The notes under the pieces: generated by a model
Seen by the model: only the letters and a program-made list of their open reading frames with translations
Told to the model about the DNA's origin: nothing
Database searches by the model: none
Assembly (NCBI GenBank): GCA_964580995.1
Contig: CAZOMV010000002.1
Coordinates: 38,904 to 102,903, forward strand
Source: an uncultured Pirellulales bacterium
GTDB taxonomy: Bacteria > Planctomycetota > Phycisphaerae > Sedimentisphaerales > SM23-30
Length of the DNA: 64,000 nt
Direction: 5' to 3'
Program-made: the position numbers and the translations under genes
Shown here: piece after piece, positions 54,467 through 63,185 of the stretch
Layout: the number at the start of each line of letters is the position of its first letter
Position numbering within the stretch: position 1 is the first letter of the stretch

Positions 54467-54868
54467 TCAGAAGGTATGGCACGGAACCTGAAGCTGGCGG
54501 ATCGCCTCTGGCACACGAGCGCAAATCTCAAAAAACGAATCCAGCCGCGCCACCTTGAATATCTCATGAACATAGCGGTCGTCAGGGGTATTGATCACCT
54601 TCTGGTTCACCCCGCAGAGGATGAGCCGGCCATGCCCCTTCTCCACCATCTTCTTCAACTCCAGCAGACAACCTAATACCATAGACGAGATCGACTGCAC
54701 ACGCGAAAAGTCCACAATCAGGTTTACCCCCTCATCCTCCGCCAGCGGATAGATCGTCTCCTGAAGCCGTAAAATCAGGGATACATCCAGCAGCTCCCCG
54801 GGCTGGGGCGTAACTACCGTGGCACTCCCGAAATATTCAATCGCAACAATCGGTTCATTCAAATTCAT
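54467..54868 (-). CDS. STAS-domain protein (anti-sigma-factor antagonist-like)
   Basis: It has the SpoIIAA-like pattern (LIVDFSRVQSISSMVLGCLLELKKMVEKGHGRLILCGV...EIFKVARLDSFFEI). Confidence 0.75.
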   Translation of the reverse strand: MNLNEPIVAIEYFGSATVVTPQPGELLDVSLILRLQETIYPLAEDEGVNLIVDFSRVQSISSMVLGCLLELKKMVEKGHGRLILCGVNQKVINTPDDRYVHEIFKVARLDSFFEICARVPEAIRQLQVPCHTF

Positions 54869-55182
54869 TCTTCTTTTTTCTTTCCAAACCGCTAACGGAA
54901 TAATAGAGCCATACGTATAAGATTATTTCTCGAAAATGGTTGAGATGATTTTCGGAAATAATAGATGCCTAGCCACCATCTTGCAAAACTTCCCTTATTC
55001 ACATAGTGTAAAATATAATTCCGGAAAAAGCCATTTACACCCACAATTTTTTCTGGCAATCTGGGCAATCTGTACCTGTTATACCGCCAATTTCCCCAAA
55101 TTTTTTTTATCGGCCCACATCCCCATATCAGGCTGTTTGCTATTGGATTCCTTTTTTCCGCCCTATACTCATTTTTAGCCTT

Positions 55183-56067
55183 TTAGTTCTTTTGTATCTC
55201 ATCAGGATGACCCAGGATATAACCACCGGGAATCGATGGCGTAAAAGTATCACCGGGCAGTTCGTCATTATAGCGGAACTCATTTTGGATCGTGGTAAAC
55301 GTTATTTCGGGGTGGTCAGTAACGGGTCTTCCCTGCTGTTCAATGACTACCGGAAGTTTGCTCTCCACGTCAAACCAGATTTCGTCAATCCATGGTTCCG
55401 GATTGTCTCCATAGGTACTGGCGGGAATCGCAAAGCCCATGCAATCGGCCCCGTCGATCGGTTTCGTTCCCAGGAGCTTGGCTGTGCGATCCAGATACTG
55501 TAAATAGAAACGTACTTGATCCATAGGATTTTGCGTGCCGAAACTTCCGGAATGTCTTTCGACAAAATAAGAACCTAAATCGTAACGAATGCTATATTGC
55601 AGCATTCCGTCTCCGTCCGGAACATACCATTGGATCTCGCGCAAGGTCTCTCCATCATAAATATCTCTGCGGTAACTATCCGGAGAATAGTAAAGAACAT
55701 CCCAGGTGCTTGACGGATGCTGGGAACCATCCGCATTTACAAATATAGTCCGCTCACAGCAGGAAACTCCCTGTATGGTTGCAAGTGCGGACCGGATCTC
55801 CTCCGCCCATACCATGCTGGTTCTGCCCATGGAACCGTTAAAAAGGTTTATCCCCAACAGAATGACCATCACCATCACCACCGCGGCGGCATATTTAGGT
55901 ATTCGACTTTTCATAAGAGTTCTCCATCTGAAAATACCGGGTATGCTTTGCGGCTCTTGGTTTCTTTGCATCTCGAATGCATCCTCAAGTACCTTGCTTT
56001 GCATCTCCGGCCTTGGTTGGACATGAAATTCGGCAACAACTTTTTGCATATCTTTAAGGGATTTCAT
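55183..56067 (-). CDS. Putative membrane-anchored anti-sigma factor / sigma-associated protein
   Basis: Its start codon overlaps the stop codon of the upstream ECF sigma gene by 4 nt. It has a single TM helix (AAAVVMVMVILLGINLF) and a periplasmic domain of unknown fold. Confidence 0.55.
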   Translation of the reverse strand: MKSLKDMQKVVAEFHVQPRPEMQSKVLEDAFEMQRNQEPQSIPGIFRWRTLMKSRIPKYAAAVVMVMVILLGINLFNGSMGRTSMVWAEEIRSALATIQGVSCCERTIFVNADGSQHPSSTWDVLYYSPDSYRRDIYDGETLREIQWYVPDGDGMLQYSIRYDLGSYFVERHSGSFGTQNPMDQVRFYLQYLDRTAKLLGTKPIDGADCMGFAIPASTYGDNPEPWIDEIWFDVESKLPVVIEQQGRPVTDHPEITFTTIQNEFRYNDELPGDTFTPSIPGGYILGHPDEIQKN

Positions 56068-56606
56068 TGGTTCACCTCACTGTGTAACAGGGACCTTAAC
56101 TTTTCCAGACCATACCGATACCGGCTTCGAATGGTATTGACGGAAGTACTTCGTAATTTCGCAATTTGGGTAAATTTCATACCGCCCTGCACGTGCAGAA
56201 CGACAATTTCCCGCTGCTCATATGGCAACTGCGCTATGGCCCAATTCACTTTGACCGTTTCTTCGTTCTGGGTCGCCAGCACCTCCGGTTCCCAATTCGC
56301 CGATGCCCTAGGTTCCTCTCCCTCGAAACCCGGCGGCTCCAGCCGCCTTCGCTTGATTCGATTGCGGGCCAGGTTGGCGACACAGGTTGCCAGATACGAC
56401 TTAAAATTACCCTGGAGGTGGATCCGGTCCGCCAACTTCACAAAGGAAAGGAAAAAGTCATGAAGCACGTCTTCCGCATCATGCGTGTTATTTAAAAGGG
56501 CCGTTGCCACCGTGATCAGGTAGGTTTCATATTTTTCATAAATTCTTTCCAACGCCTCGCGGGATCCATGCTTGAACTTCCATAAAAGTATCTTGTCTTC
56601 GAACAT
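56064..56606 (-). CDS. ECF-type RNA polymerase sigma-70 factor
   Basis: Region 2 (DAEDVLHDFFLSFVK) and a region 4 HTH (MKFTQIAKLRSTSVNTIRSRYRYGLEKLR) are present. Confidence 0.85.
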   Translation of the reverse strand: MFEDKILLWKFKHGSREALERIYEKYETYLITVATALLNNTHDAEDVLHDFFLSFVKLADRIHLQGNFKSYLATCVANLARNRIKRRRLEPPGFEGEEPRASANWEPEVLATQNEETVKVNWAIAQLPYEQREIVVLHVQGGMKFTQIAKLRSTSVNTIRSRYRYGLEKLRSLLHSEVNQ

Positions 56607-56816
56607 CCAAACCTCACCGGCTATACCTGAGAATGATCATCCTTCACTACATACACAATTGAAGAGCCTGTTTCAGTCTATTTTTTTGAAATATTTGGAA
56701 TGGTACCCATTTTTATGCCGTAAAACAGAAAAAAGACAAGTGCCCGCCTCATCTCCACAGGACAGGCAATCCGCTTCGTTTGCGAGCCTGCTCGCTCGGA
56801 GTTCCGCCTTCAAACT

Positions 56817-56907
56817 AGACGGAACCGCCAAAAGTCGTTATTGACTTCCAAAAGCAGCTCTGGCTCCCCAATACCAAGGGATCGACGAGCTTTTGACGCT
56901 AGCGTCA
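56817..56907 (-). repeat. 91-bp dispersed intergenic element, copy 4
   Basis: It aligns with the other copies. It lies 210 nt upstream of the sigma gene start codon and about 200 nt after the stop codon of the 57109 gene. Confidence 0.9.
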
Positions 56908-57108
56908 AACTATACTTTTCATGTGTCCGGGCGGGAGGGGGTACTGAATAGGATTTGCCGGAGCGGAAATATTTTGACAGCCAGGCTGGTCGAGGATTAT
57001 AAAAAACTAAACTTTTGCAAAGTAGAGAAGGTTTTCAAACTCCACTGGGCAGATGAAATAAGGGGCGGTTCCTAGCCGCCGGCCTGCAAGGGTTCCTCGT
57101 GCGGCCGC

Positions 57109-59082
57109 TTACGGAACGGCACCCAGCGTTTCCTGGGCTTTCTGCTGAATACCGTCATTTTTTGATTTCTCAATCACCCTTTGCAGCACTTGCCGGCGCT
57201 GCTCCTTGGAAATCCCGCTGATATCTTGGCTGGCAATCTGGACCATGGCCGCGTACGCTTCCTCGGCGACTGCCGGGGTATCCGCGAATGTCGTTAATAG
57301 CTCCAGGGTCTTGGCGCTCGGCGCTTCCCCGAGGACGGCAATGGCCTGCTGCCTCTCTTCGGCCCGCTTGATGTAGGATTGCACCTCTTCCACCCGGGCC
57401 GCTTTTTGTTCGTTACTGAGTTTCTTATTGCCGCGCAGGTACTGAAGGTAACCGCGCAGTCCCAGCACCTTATGGGCCAGCTTATCCGCCGATGTGACGA
57501 CTACCAGTAGGGCTTGCCCTGCCTCCTCGTCTTCCGGCCAGTTGTTCGGCCACGTCGATAAGATGCGCACCGCCTCATCTTGAAGGGCAGCTTTCGTGCT
57601 CGCCATGGCGGATTTGACAGCCGCCAGTGCCTCCGGTCCGCCGACAATAGCCAGCGCGTGCAACCCGATGATACGGAGCCCGGAGTCAGGACTCTGGGCC
57701 AGGGGTTCCAAATGGGAGATACACTTTATGCCGCAACGGCCGCAAATCGCTTGCAGAGCCTTTTCGATATCCGCCCGTTCTTCGGCATTCTGTGTTTTTA
57801 GCAGCAACTGGACCAGATCGTCCGTTTGCGGATCCTGCCCGAGGATGCCCACGGTTTGCAGGGCCGCGCGGCGAATCCCGGCATCGCCGTCTTGCAGGCT
57901 TGGCACAACAGCCGCCAGGGCCTCACCAATCGGTCTCTGGCCCGCCAGCTGAATGAGCACCCGCTTCACGTTGCCTTCCGCTGACGGTAAACGGCCGATC
58001 AGATCGGCATCCACCTCGTTACCAGGCAGTCTGAGCAGCGTTTCCATGGCCGCCTGTTCCAGCTCCGCATCGTTCTCCCCCGCCGCCTCCAGCAGGATCG
58101 GAATACACGAAACATCACCCAGGCGATTCAGGATCTGGATGGCTGCGATGCGCAGGTCTTTCGGGCCATTTTGCGCTTCCCGCAGAACAATCGGCAATAC
58201 CGCCGCATCACTGCGGTCCGCCAGGGCCAATAACAGCAGGGGACCCCGGTCCGGACTTAAACGGGCCAATTCTTCGGCCAGGGCCTCGGTCACATCACGG
58301 CCGCCAAGCTCACGGGCCGCACGCAAACCAATATCGAATCGGTTTTCATCTTCCGAACGCAACTGTTCCAGCAGCAGCGGAATGCCGGCCGATTGGCGCG
58401 CCAGAATAGCCCCGCGGATGGCTTCCAAACGTCTCTGGTCGGGCACATCCGCCTGGCGGACCATATCGTACATCGTGGCCGCTTCGGCGGCCTTGTCGCG
58501 CGCCAGAAATCCCTCGGCACAGAGTATGCAGCCTTCCGCCGCCGCCGAACGAACACCGGCTGACGCCCCCGCCAAAAATTGAGTCAGTACTTTGCCCGCC
58601 TGTTCACCGCCGATGTGCCCCAATGCCACCGCGGCCGCCGAGGCAACGTCCGGATTGGTATCGCCGAGTTTCTGCGCCAGCGCCTCGACCGCCTGGCCAT
58701 CGCGGCGCACGCCAATCGAATTGATCACTCCCACCAGCAGCCGGCCCTCCAGCCGGCCCAGCGCGTTACGCAAGGCCGCATCCGCCGCCGGCCCGGGAAT
58801 CGCTTCCAGTGCAATCCGTGCCCACGAGGTCAACTCTTTGTCTTCCAAGAGCGGCGCAAGGGCGGCAACAGCCTCTTCGCCGCCATAAATGGCCAGCCGC
58901 TTACAGGTGATGGCTTTCTCCGCCTGGGGGGCATCTGACAGCAGCACGGCAATCAAGTCGCTTTGCTTCACGTCCCCAGCCGGCTGTCCCTGGACCGCGG
59001 CCCCGGCCCACGCAGTAACGATGATGAATATAACACACCAGATGATATGTACTTGGTTCAGTTTCATGATGGTCCTCGTCAT
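57109..59082 (-). CDS. Membrane-anchored or secreted HEAT-repeat protein
   Basis: It has many ARM/HEAT-like units (LLxDxDxxVRxAAxxALGxIGG pattern) and an N-terminal hydrophobic segment. The start is 59082 or 59067; the ORF track start at 59124 would overlap the upstream gene. Confidence 0.75.
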   Translation of the reverse strand: MTRTIMKLNQVHIIWCVIFIIVTAWAGAAVQGQPAGDVKQSDLIAVLLSDAPQAEKAITCKRLAIYGGEEAVAALAPLLEDKELTSWARIALEAIPGPAADAALRNALGRLEGRLLVGVINSIGVRRDGQAVEALAQKLGDTNPDVASAAAVALGHIGGEQAGKVLTQFLAGASAGVRSAAAEGCILCAEGFLARDKAAEAATMYDMVRQADVPDQRRLEAIRGAILARQSAGIPLLLEQLRSEDENRFDIGLRAARELGGRDVTEALAEELARLSPDRGPLLLLALADRSDAAVLPIVLREAQNGPKDLRIAAIQILNRLGDVSCIPILLEAAGENDAELEQAAMETLLRLPGNEVDADLIGRLPSAEGNVKRVLIQLAGQRPIGEALAAVVPSLQDGDAGIRRAALQTVGILGQDPQTDDLVQLLLKTQNAEERADIEKALQAICGRCGIKCISHLEPLAQSPDSGLRIIGLHALAIVGGPEALAAVKSAMASTKAALQDEAVRILSTWPNNWPEDEEAGQALLVVVTSADKLAHKVLGLRGYLQYLRGNKKLSNEQKAARVEEVQSYIKRAEERQQAIAVLGEAPSAKTLELLTTFADTPAVAEEAYAAMVQIASQDISGISKEQRRQVLQRVIEKSKNDGIQQKAQETLGAVP

Positions 59083-59111
59083 TTGAGGGGGTTCTTTGGA
59101 ATAATCGAACA

Positions 59112-60392
59112 TTAAATCCGCCACGGTTCCCGCAAGGCCTCCGACCGCAGCCGATTGGCCTGCTCGTCGCCAATGAATTCGTTCTTCTTCGGGTCATACT
59201 GGAGTTTGCGATTGAGGTACAGGGCGATGTTGGCCGCATGGCAGGCAATATGCCCCCAGCAGGCCACCTCCGCATTGGCCCGGGTCAGGCCCCGAGTCTT
59301 GATACAATCGAGAAAATTACGCACGTGAAAATCGGCCGGGTACCCCGGTATCTTCTTGCCTCTGAGCATCAACAGGGACGGTGAACTCGCCGCGGACTCC
59401 GCATCGTCACCGGTCTCTATCCAGCCCGTTTCCCCTTCGAACCGCACCGGGCACGAACCCAGCGGCAGCCATCCGTCGTTCCGCATAACCAGTTTAACCC
59501 CATTGGCATAGCGGGCATGCAGTTGGCCGTTCACCGGTTCATACTCCACCGGCGCTGTGTCATCGGCGTGGTTGGCCCACTGGCACAGGTCCACGCAATG
59601 CGAGCCCCATTCCAGGCACCCGCCGCCCACCAGCCCGCCGCCTTTTTCAAAATGAAAGGCGTTCATGAGCGCCCCATTATAAGGCCGCCAGGCGGCCGGC
59701 CCCAGGTACATATCCCAGTTTACCTGCTCCTGGGGCGGTTCCGGTTCCGCCGGGAACCAGCCGCTCATATCGCACCCCAAACCGCCGGGATGGGCGTGAA
59801 GAGTTTGCAGCGGACCGAGTTTACCGGTCCGGGCCAGCTCGATCGCATGGGCGAAATTGGGCAGGCTGCGGCGCTGCGTGCCCGCCTGGAACACCCGGCC
59901 CGTCCGGCGAAAAACCTCCGCCAGCGCCAGGCTCTGGGCAATATTCTTCGTGCAGGGCTTTTCGCAATAGACATCTTTGCCCGCCTTGGCCGCCATCGTG
60001 GCCGCCGTCGCGTGCCAGTTCGGCCCCGTCGCAATCAGCACCGCGTCAATATCCTCGCGGGCCAGCAGCTCCCGCATATCCGCATAGGTCACACAGTCTG
60101 TATTGCCGTAATACGCATCGACCATCTCCTTGGCACGCTGGCGATTGTCCGCCCGCACATCGCAGACGGCCACACACTGCAAATCCGTCTGCTGCAGGAA
60201 GCACCCCAGCACATACCGGCCGCGATTGCCGATCCCGATGGCCCCCAGCGTGATCCGTTCGCCGGCTGCCGCTCCGCCATTCTTGCCCAACGCCGTGCCC
60301 GGGATGATTTGCGGCACCGCCAGACAGACACCCGCCTGCACCGCCGTTTTAAGAAACCCCCGCCGGCTTAAGCCAACTTGTTCTTTGCTCAT
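59112..60392 (-). CDS. Gfo/Idh/MocA-family oxidoreductase with twin-arginine signal
   Basis: It has a TAT motif (SRRGFLKTAV), a Rossmann motif (LGAIGIGNRGRY) and a family-typical C-terminal domain. Confidence 0.9.
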   Translation of the reverse strand: MSKEQVGLSRRGFLKTAVQAGVCLAVPQIIPGTALGKNGGAAAGERITLGAIGIGNRGRYVLGCFLQQTDLQCVAVCDVRADNRQRAKEMVDAYYGNTDCVTYADMRELLAREDIDAVLIATGPNWHATAATMAAKAGKDVYCEKPCTKNIAQSLALAEVFRRTGRVFQAGTQRRSLPNFAHAIELARTGKLGPLQTLHAHPGGLGCDMSGWFPAEPEPPQEQVNWDMYLGPAAWRPYNGALMNAFHFEKGGGLVGGGCLEWGSHCVDLCQWANHADDTAPVEYEPVNGQLHARYANGVKLVMRNDGWLPLGSCPVRFEGETGWIETGDDAESAASSPSLLMLRGKKIPGYPADFHVRNFLDCIKTRGLTRANAEVACWGHIACHAANIALYLNRKLQYDPKKNEFIGDEQANRLRSEALREPWRI

Positions 60393-60585
60393 ACCTGATC
60401 TCCTGCTGAATCAATTCGAGGCATACCTTGCATCCGTAATCCCCCATAAAAATTGCAAAACCATCTGTTTGCCAAATATGAATCTGCGTTTCTGTTCCAT
60501 ACCGCCCACTGTACAAAGGTCCGGATTCAAAAACAACCCTCCTTTTCCCCTTCCCGCAAAATTTTGCTGGAAAATTCCCTATTCT

Positions 60586-60676
60586 TGACGGAACCGCCAA
60601 AAGTCGATATGGACATCCAAAAATGGCTCTGGCTCCCCAATAACAAGGGAACGACGAGCTTTTGACGCCGGCGTCA
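60586..60676 (-). repeat. 91-bp dispersed intergenic element, copy 5
   Basis: It aligns with the other copies. It lies 193 nt upstream of the 60392 start codon and 80 nt after the stop codon of the 60757 gene. Confidence 0.9.
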
Positions 60677-60756
60677 TCCTTCCTGACCCGAACAACTTAC
60701 AAATGGTTCCGTTGGGTACGCCGGCGTTGAAATACCTCCTCTACGACGGTCACGGT

Positions 60757-61917
60757 TCATCCCGGCAGCAGCTTCGCCAGCGCCCCAAGAAGCCGATCCA
60801 TATCATCGGAGGAATTATATCCCTGGATGGACACCCGGATCAGCTTGTACCCATTCCACTCGATCAGCGGCACCTCAATCTGATAATCGTCGTACAATCT
60901 TTCCTTGAGCCAGTCCAGGTTCGTATCGCTGGGCAGCGGGGCCGCGAACATCTGTGCAAACCAGCCGTCGGCCTGGGAGTGCAGCGGCGGCATACCCGTC
61001 AGCCTGCAAATCGCCCCCTGTGCCTCCGCCGCCAGCCGATGGCATTCCGCCCGAACCGTATCCCACCCATGCTCCGCCTGGAACTGGATGGCCGCCGGCA
61101 CCGACAGGAACGCGGCCACATCCCGGGTCCCCAGCCATTCGTTATCATCAATAAAGGGACATCCGCTGGAGTATGCCAGCTCCTTCCCCCACGACACCAC
61201 CAGCGGTTTCAGCAGCGCCTGGGCGGTGGGCCGGGCATACAGAAACCCCGATCCCTTGGGGGCCATCAGCCATTTATGCAAATTCCCGCCATAAAAGTCG
61301 GCATCCAGACGATCCAGGTTCAGCGGAATCTGCCCGGGACCATGGGCGCCATCGATCACGGTTAGGATCCCCTTGGTGCGGGCCTTGGCAACGATCTCCT
61401 CCACCGGAAGAATCATCGCCGTCGGCGAGGTTATGTGGCTGATGCAGATCACCCGGGTTCGGTCGGTAACGCCCTTCCAAAACTCCTCTGCCGCCAACGC
61501 CTTTGTTTCCAGGGGGATCTGGATTTCCTGCTTGATATAGGAAAAGCCATATTCGCCAGCCAGAAACCGCCACATCCGATCAATCGCCCCGTATTCATGG
61601 TGCGTGGACAACACTTCATCTCCCGGCCCCAGCTTCAGAGACCTCGCCACCATGTTCAGGGAAATGGTCACGTTCTGCGTATAGACAATATTCTCCGCCG
61701 ACGTTCCCAGGTACGCCGCCAGCGCAGCTCGCGACTCCCGCATCAGTTGATTGTGACGCCGGCCGAGAAACTCCACCGGCTGCCTCTCCATCTCCCTTTG
61801 CCAGTCCTGATACACCTGAAACACCGCTCCGGGCGTTGCCCCAAAAGACCCATGATTCAGAAACGTGATTCCGGGCTTCAGCAGAAACAGACTCTTCAGG
61901 TTTTTTGCGTTCGACAT
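60757..61917 (-). CDS. Class V-fold PLP-dependent aminotransferase (isopenicillin-N-epimerase/cysteine-desulfurase-like)
   Basis: Motifs are FLNHGSFG, ISHITSPT, and DGAHGPGQIPL with NLHKW (the PLP lysine region). Confidence 0.85.
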   Translation of the reverse strand: MSNAKNLKSLFLLKPGITFLNHGSFGATPGAVFQVYQDWQREMERQPVEFLGRRHNQLMRESRAALAAYLGTSAENIVYTQNVTISLNMVARSLKLGPGDEVLSTHHEYGAIDRMWRFLAGEYGFSYIKQEIQIPLETKALAAEEFWKGVTDRTRVICISHITSPTAMILPVEEIVAKARTKGILTVIDGAHGPGQIPLNLDRLDADFYGGNLHKWLMAPKGSGFLYARPTAQALLKPLVVSWGKELAYSSGCPFIDDNEWLGTRDVAAFLSVPAAIQFQAEHGWDTVRAECHRLAAEAQGAICRLTGMPPLHSQADGWFAQMFAAPLPSDTNLDWLKERLYDDYQIEVPLIEWNGYKLIRVSIQGYNSSDDMDRLLGALAKLLPG

Positions 61918-62249
61918 TCCTTCTCCAGGGCAAATTAAACATAGCAGCTACCGTGCCGGCTGGCGCCACCGATTGCAGGTACTTCACGTCAACAATGGTA
62001 CAAAAATCCCATTCCACAAGCAAGGATTTCCTCTCCCCCTCCTTATCTGTTCGAGCTGAATGCCTCAAAGGGGCAACCGGCAACCAGCAAAATGCCCCTC
62101 CTCCTCTTCTACGGGGGGAAACTGGTGTTCCATGCTCTTCAAACCGAAACCTCCTATAAATCGTCCCGCCCTCCAGCCACGAGGCGGTGAGCCAGTCTTC
62201 CCCATCTTTCCATTCGTAACTCGTACTTCATAACTCGTAATTTCCTCCC

Positions 62250-62345
62250 CCTCCCCTAGGCCCCGCCGGGGCCGTTAGTTTCTTAGCCGGGAGCGTAAGC
62301 TCCCGGACGCCGACCAACCACTCCCCAGCCCCGAAGGGGCGAAAG
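62250..62345. repeat. Cluster of three short GC hairpins (REP-like)
   Basis: The hairpins are GCCCCG-c-CGGGGC, CCGGGAGC-gtaa-GCTCCCGG and GCCCC-gaa-GGGGC, in a stretch without a credible ORF. A TAACTCGTA x2 direct repeat precedes them. Confidence 0.5.
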
Positions 62346-62570
62346 AATAAAACACCCCCCCCAGCTACGCCGAACCCTCTTTCTCGCCCATGAGGAAGTG
62401 ACCGGCGGGAACGTCATATTCCCTTTCCGCCCGCGTCGCGAAAATGGGCCTCTCGGCCCTGCAGGCTCTTGCCTGCCGAGGCGGTGGGCCAGGCTCCATT
62501 ATTTTCCTTATGTTTTTCCGTCCGCTTTGTCAGATATACACAATCCCCATAATAAGTCAATCGCATTTGA

Positions 62571-63158
62571 TTATTGCCGTAATTTTGCTGGTAGTTTCTC
62601 AACCGGAACCATAATCTCCGTCTCCATTTCCGCATAGCTGCCGGATGCCGAAGGAGTCACGAATAATTCCATAAAATTATCCAGCACGGCATAATCGTTT
62701 TTATGCAGCCATTCTTTCATCTGCTTATAGAGTTCCGCCGGATCTTCCACGCCTTTCGGCTTACTCACCACCGCCGCCTCCATAGCCGGCAGCTTTTTGA
62801 CATCCACCATTTCACCCAGTGTCCCCGCCGCTTTCAATGCCTCCTCCGCCACCGGAATGCGTATCTCCGTCAGCCAGTGCTCGCTGGCAACCAGATCCGG
62901 ATTATTCAGATAGACCCCGCTGACCGGCCCCCGCGGCGGCATCAATCCCTTCTGCCCCGCCAGCTCAAACAGCTTGCCGATCGCCGGCCCCATTTGATCG
63001 TAGCGGCCCCGATAAATGGTATATAACACCACCTGGCTATCCAGCTTCCGAATCGAAATGCTATCCACCTTTTCCGTCGACTCAGCCAAAATCTCAATTC
63101 CCGCCGCCAAAAGGCCCATCCCGACGATAACAAGACCTATCACCTTCCCGTTCTTCAT
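62571..63158 (-). CDS. GyrI-like (AraC effector-binding / SOUL-like) small-molecule-binding domain protein with N-terminal anchor
   Basis: It has the two-fold beta-alpha-beta-beta repeat pattern (VLYTIYRGRYDQMGPAIGKLFE...GVYLNNP...EIRIPV; AAVVSKPKG...LYKQMKEWL...ELFVT...TEIMVPV). An N-terminal TM segment is present. Confidence 0.6.
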   Translation of the reverse strand: MKNGKVIGLVIVGMGLLAAGIEILAESTEKVDSISIRKLDSQVVLYTIYRGRYDQMGPAIGKLFELAGQKGLMPPRGPVSGVYLNNPDLVASEHWLTEIRIPVAEEALKAAGTLGEMVDVKKLPAMEAAVVSKPKGVEDPAELYKQMKEWLHKNDYAVLDNFMELFVTPSASGSYAEMETEIMVPVEKLPAKLRQ

Positions 63159-63185
63159 TTTGCTTCCTTTCATTTGAATAGATTC

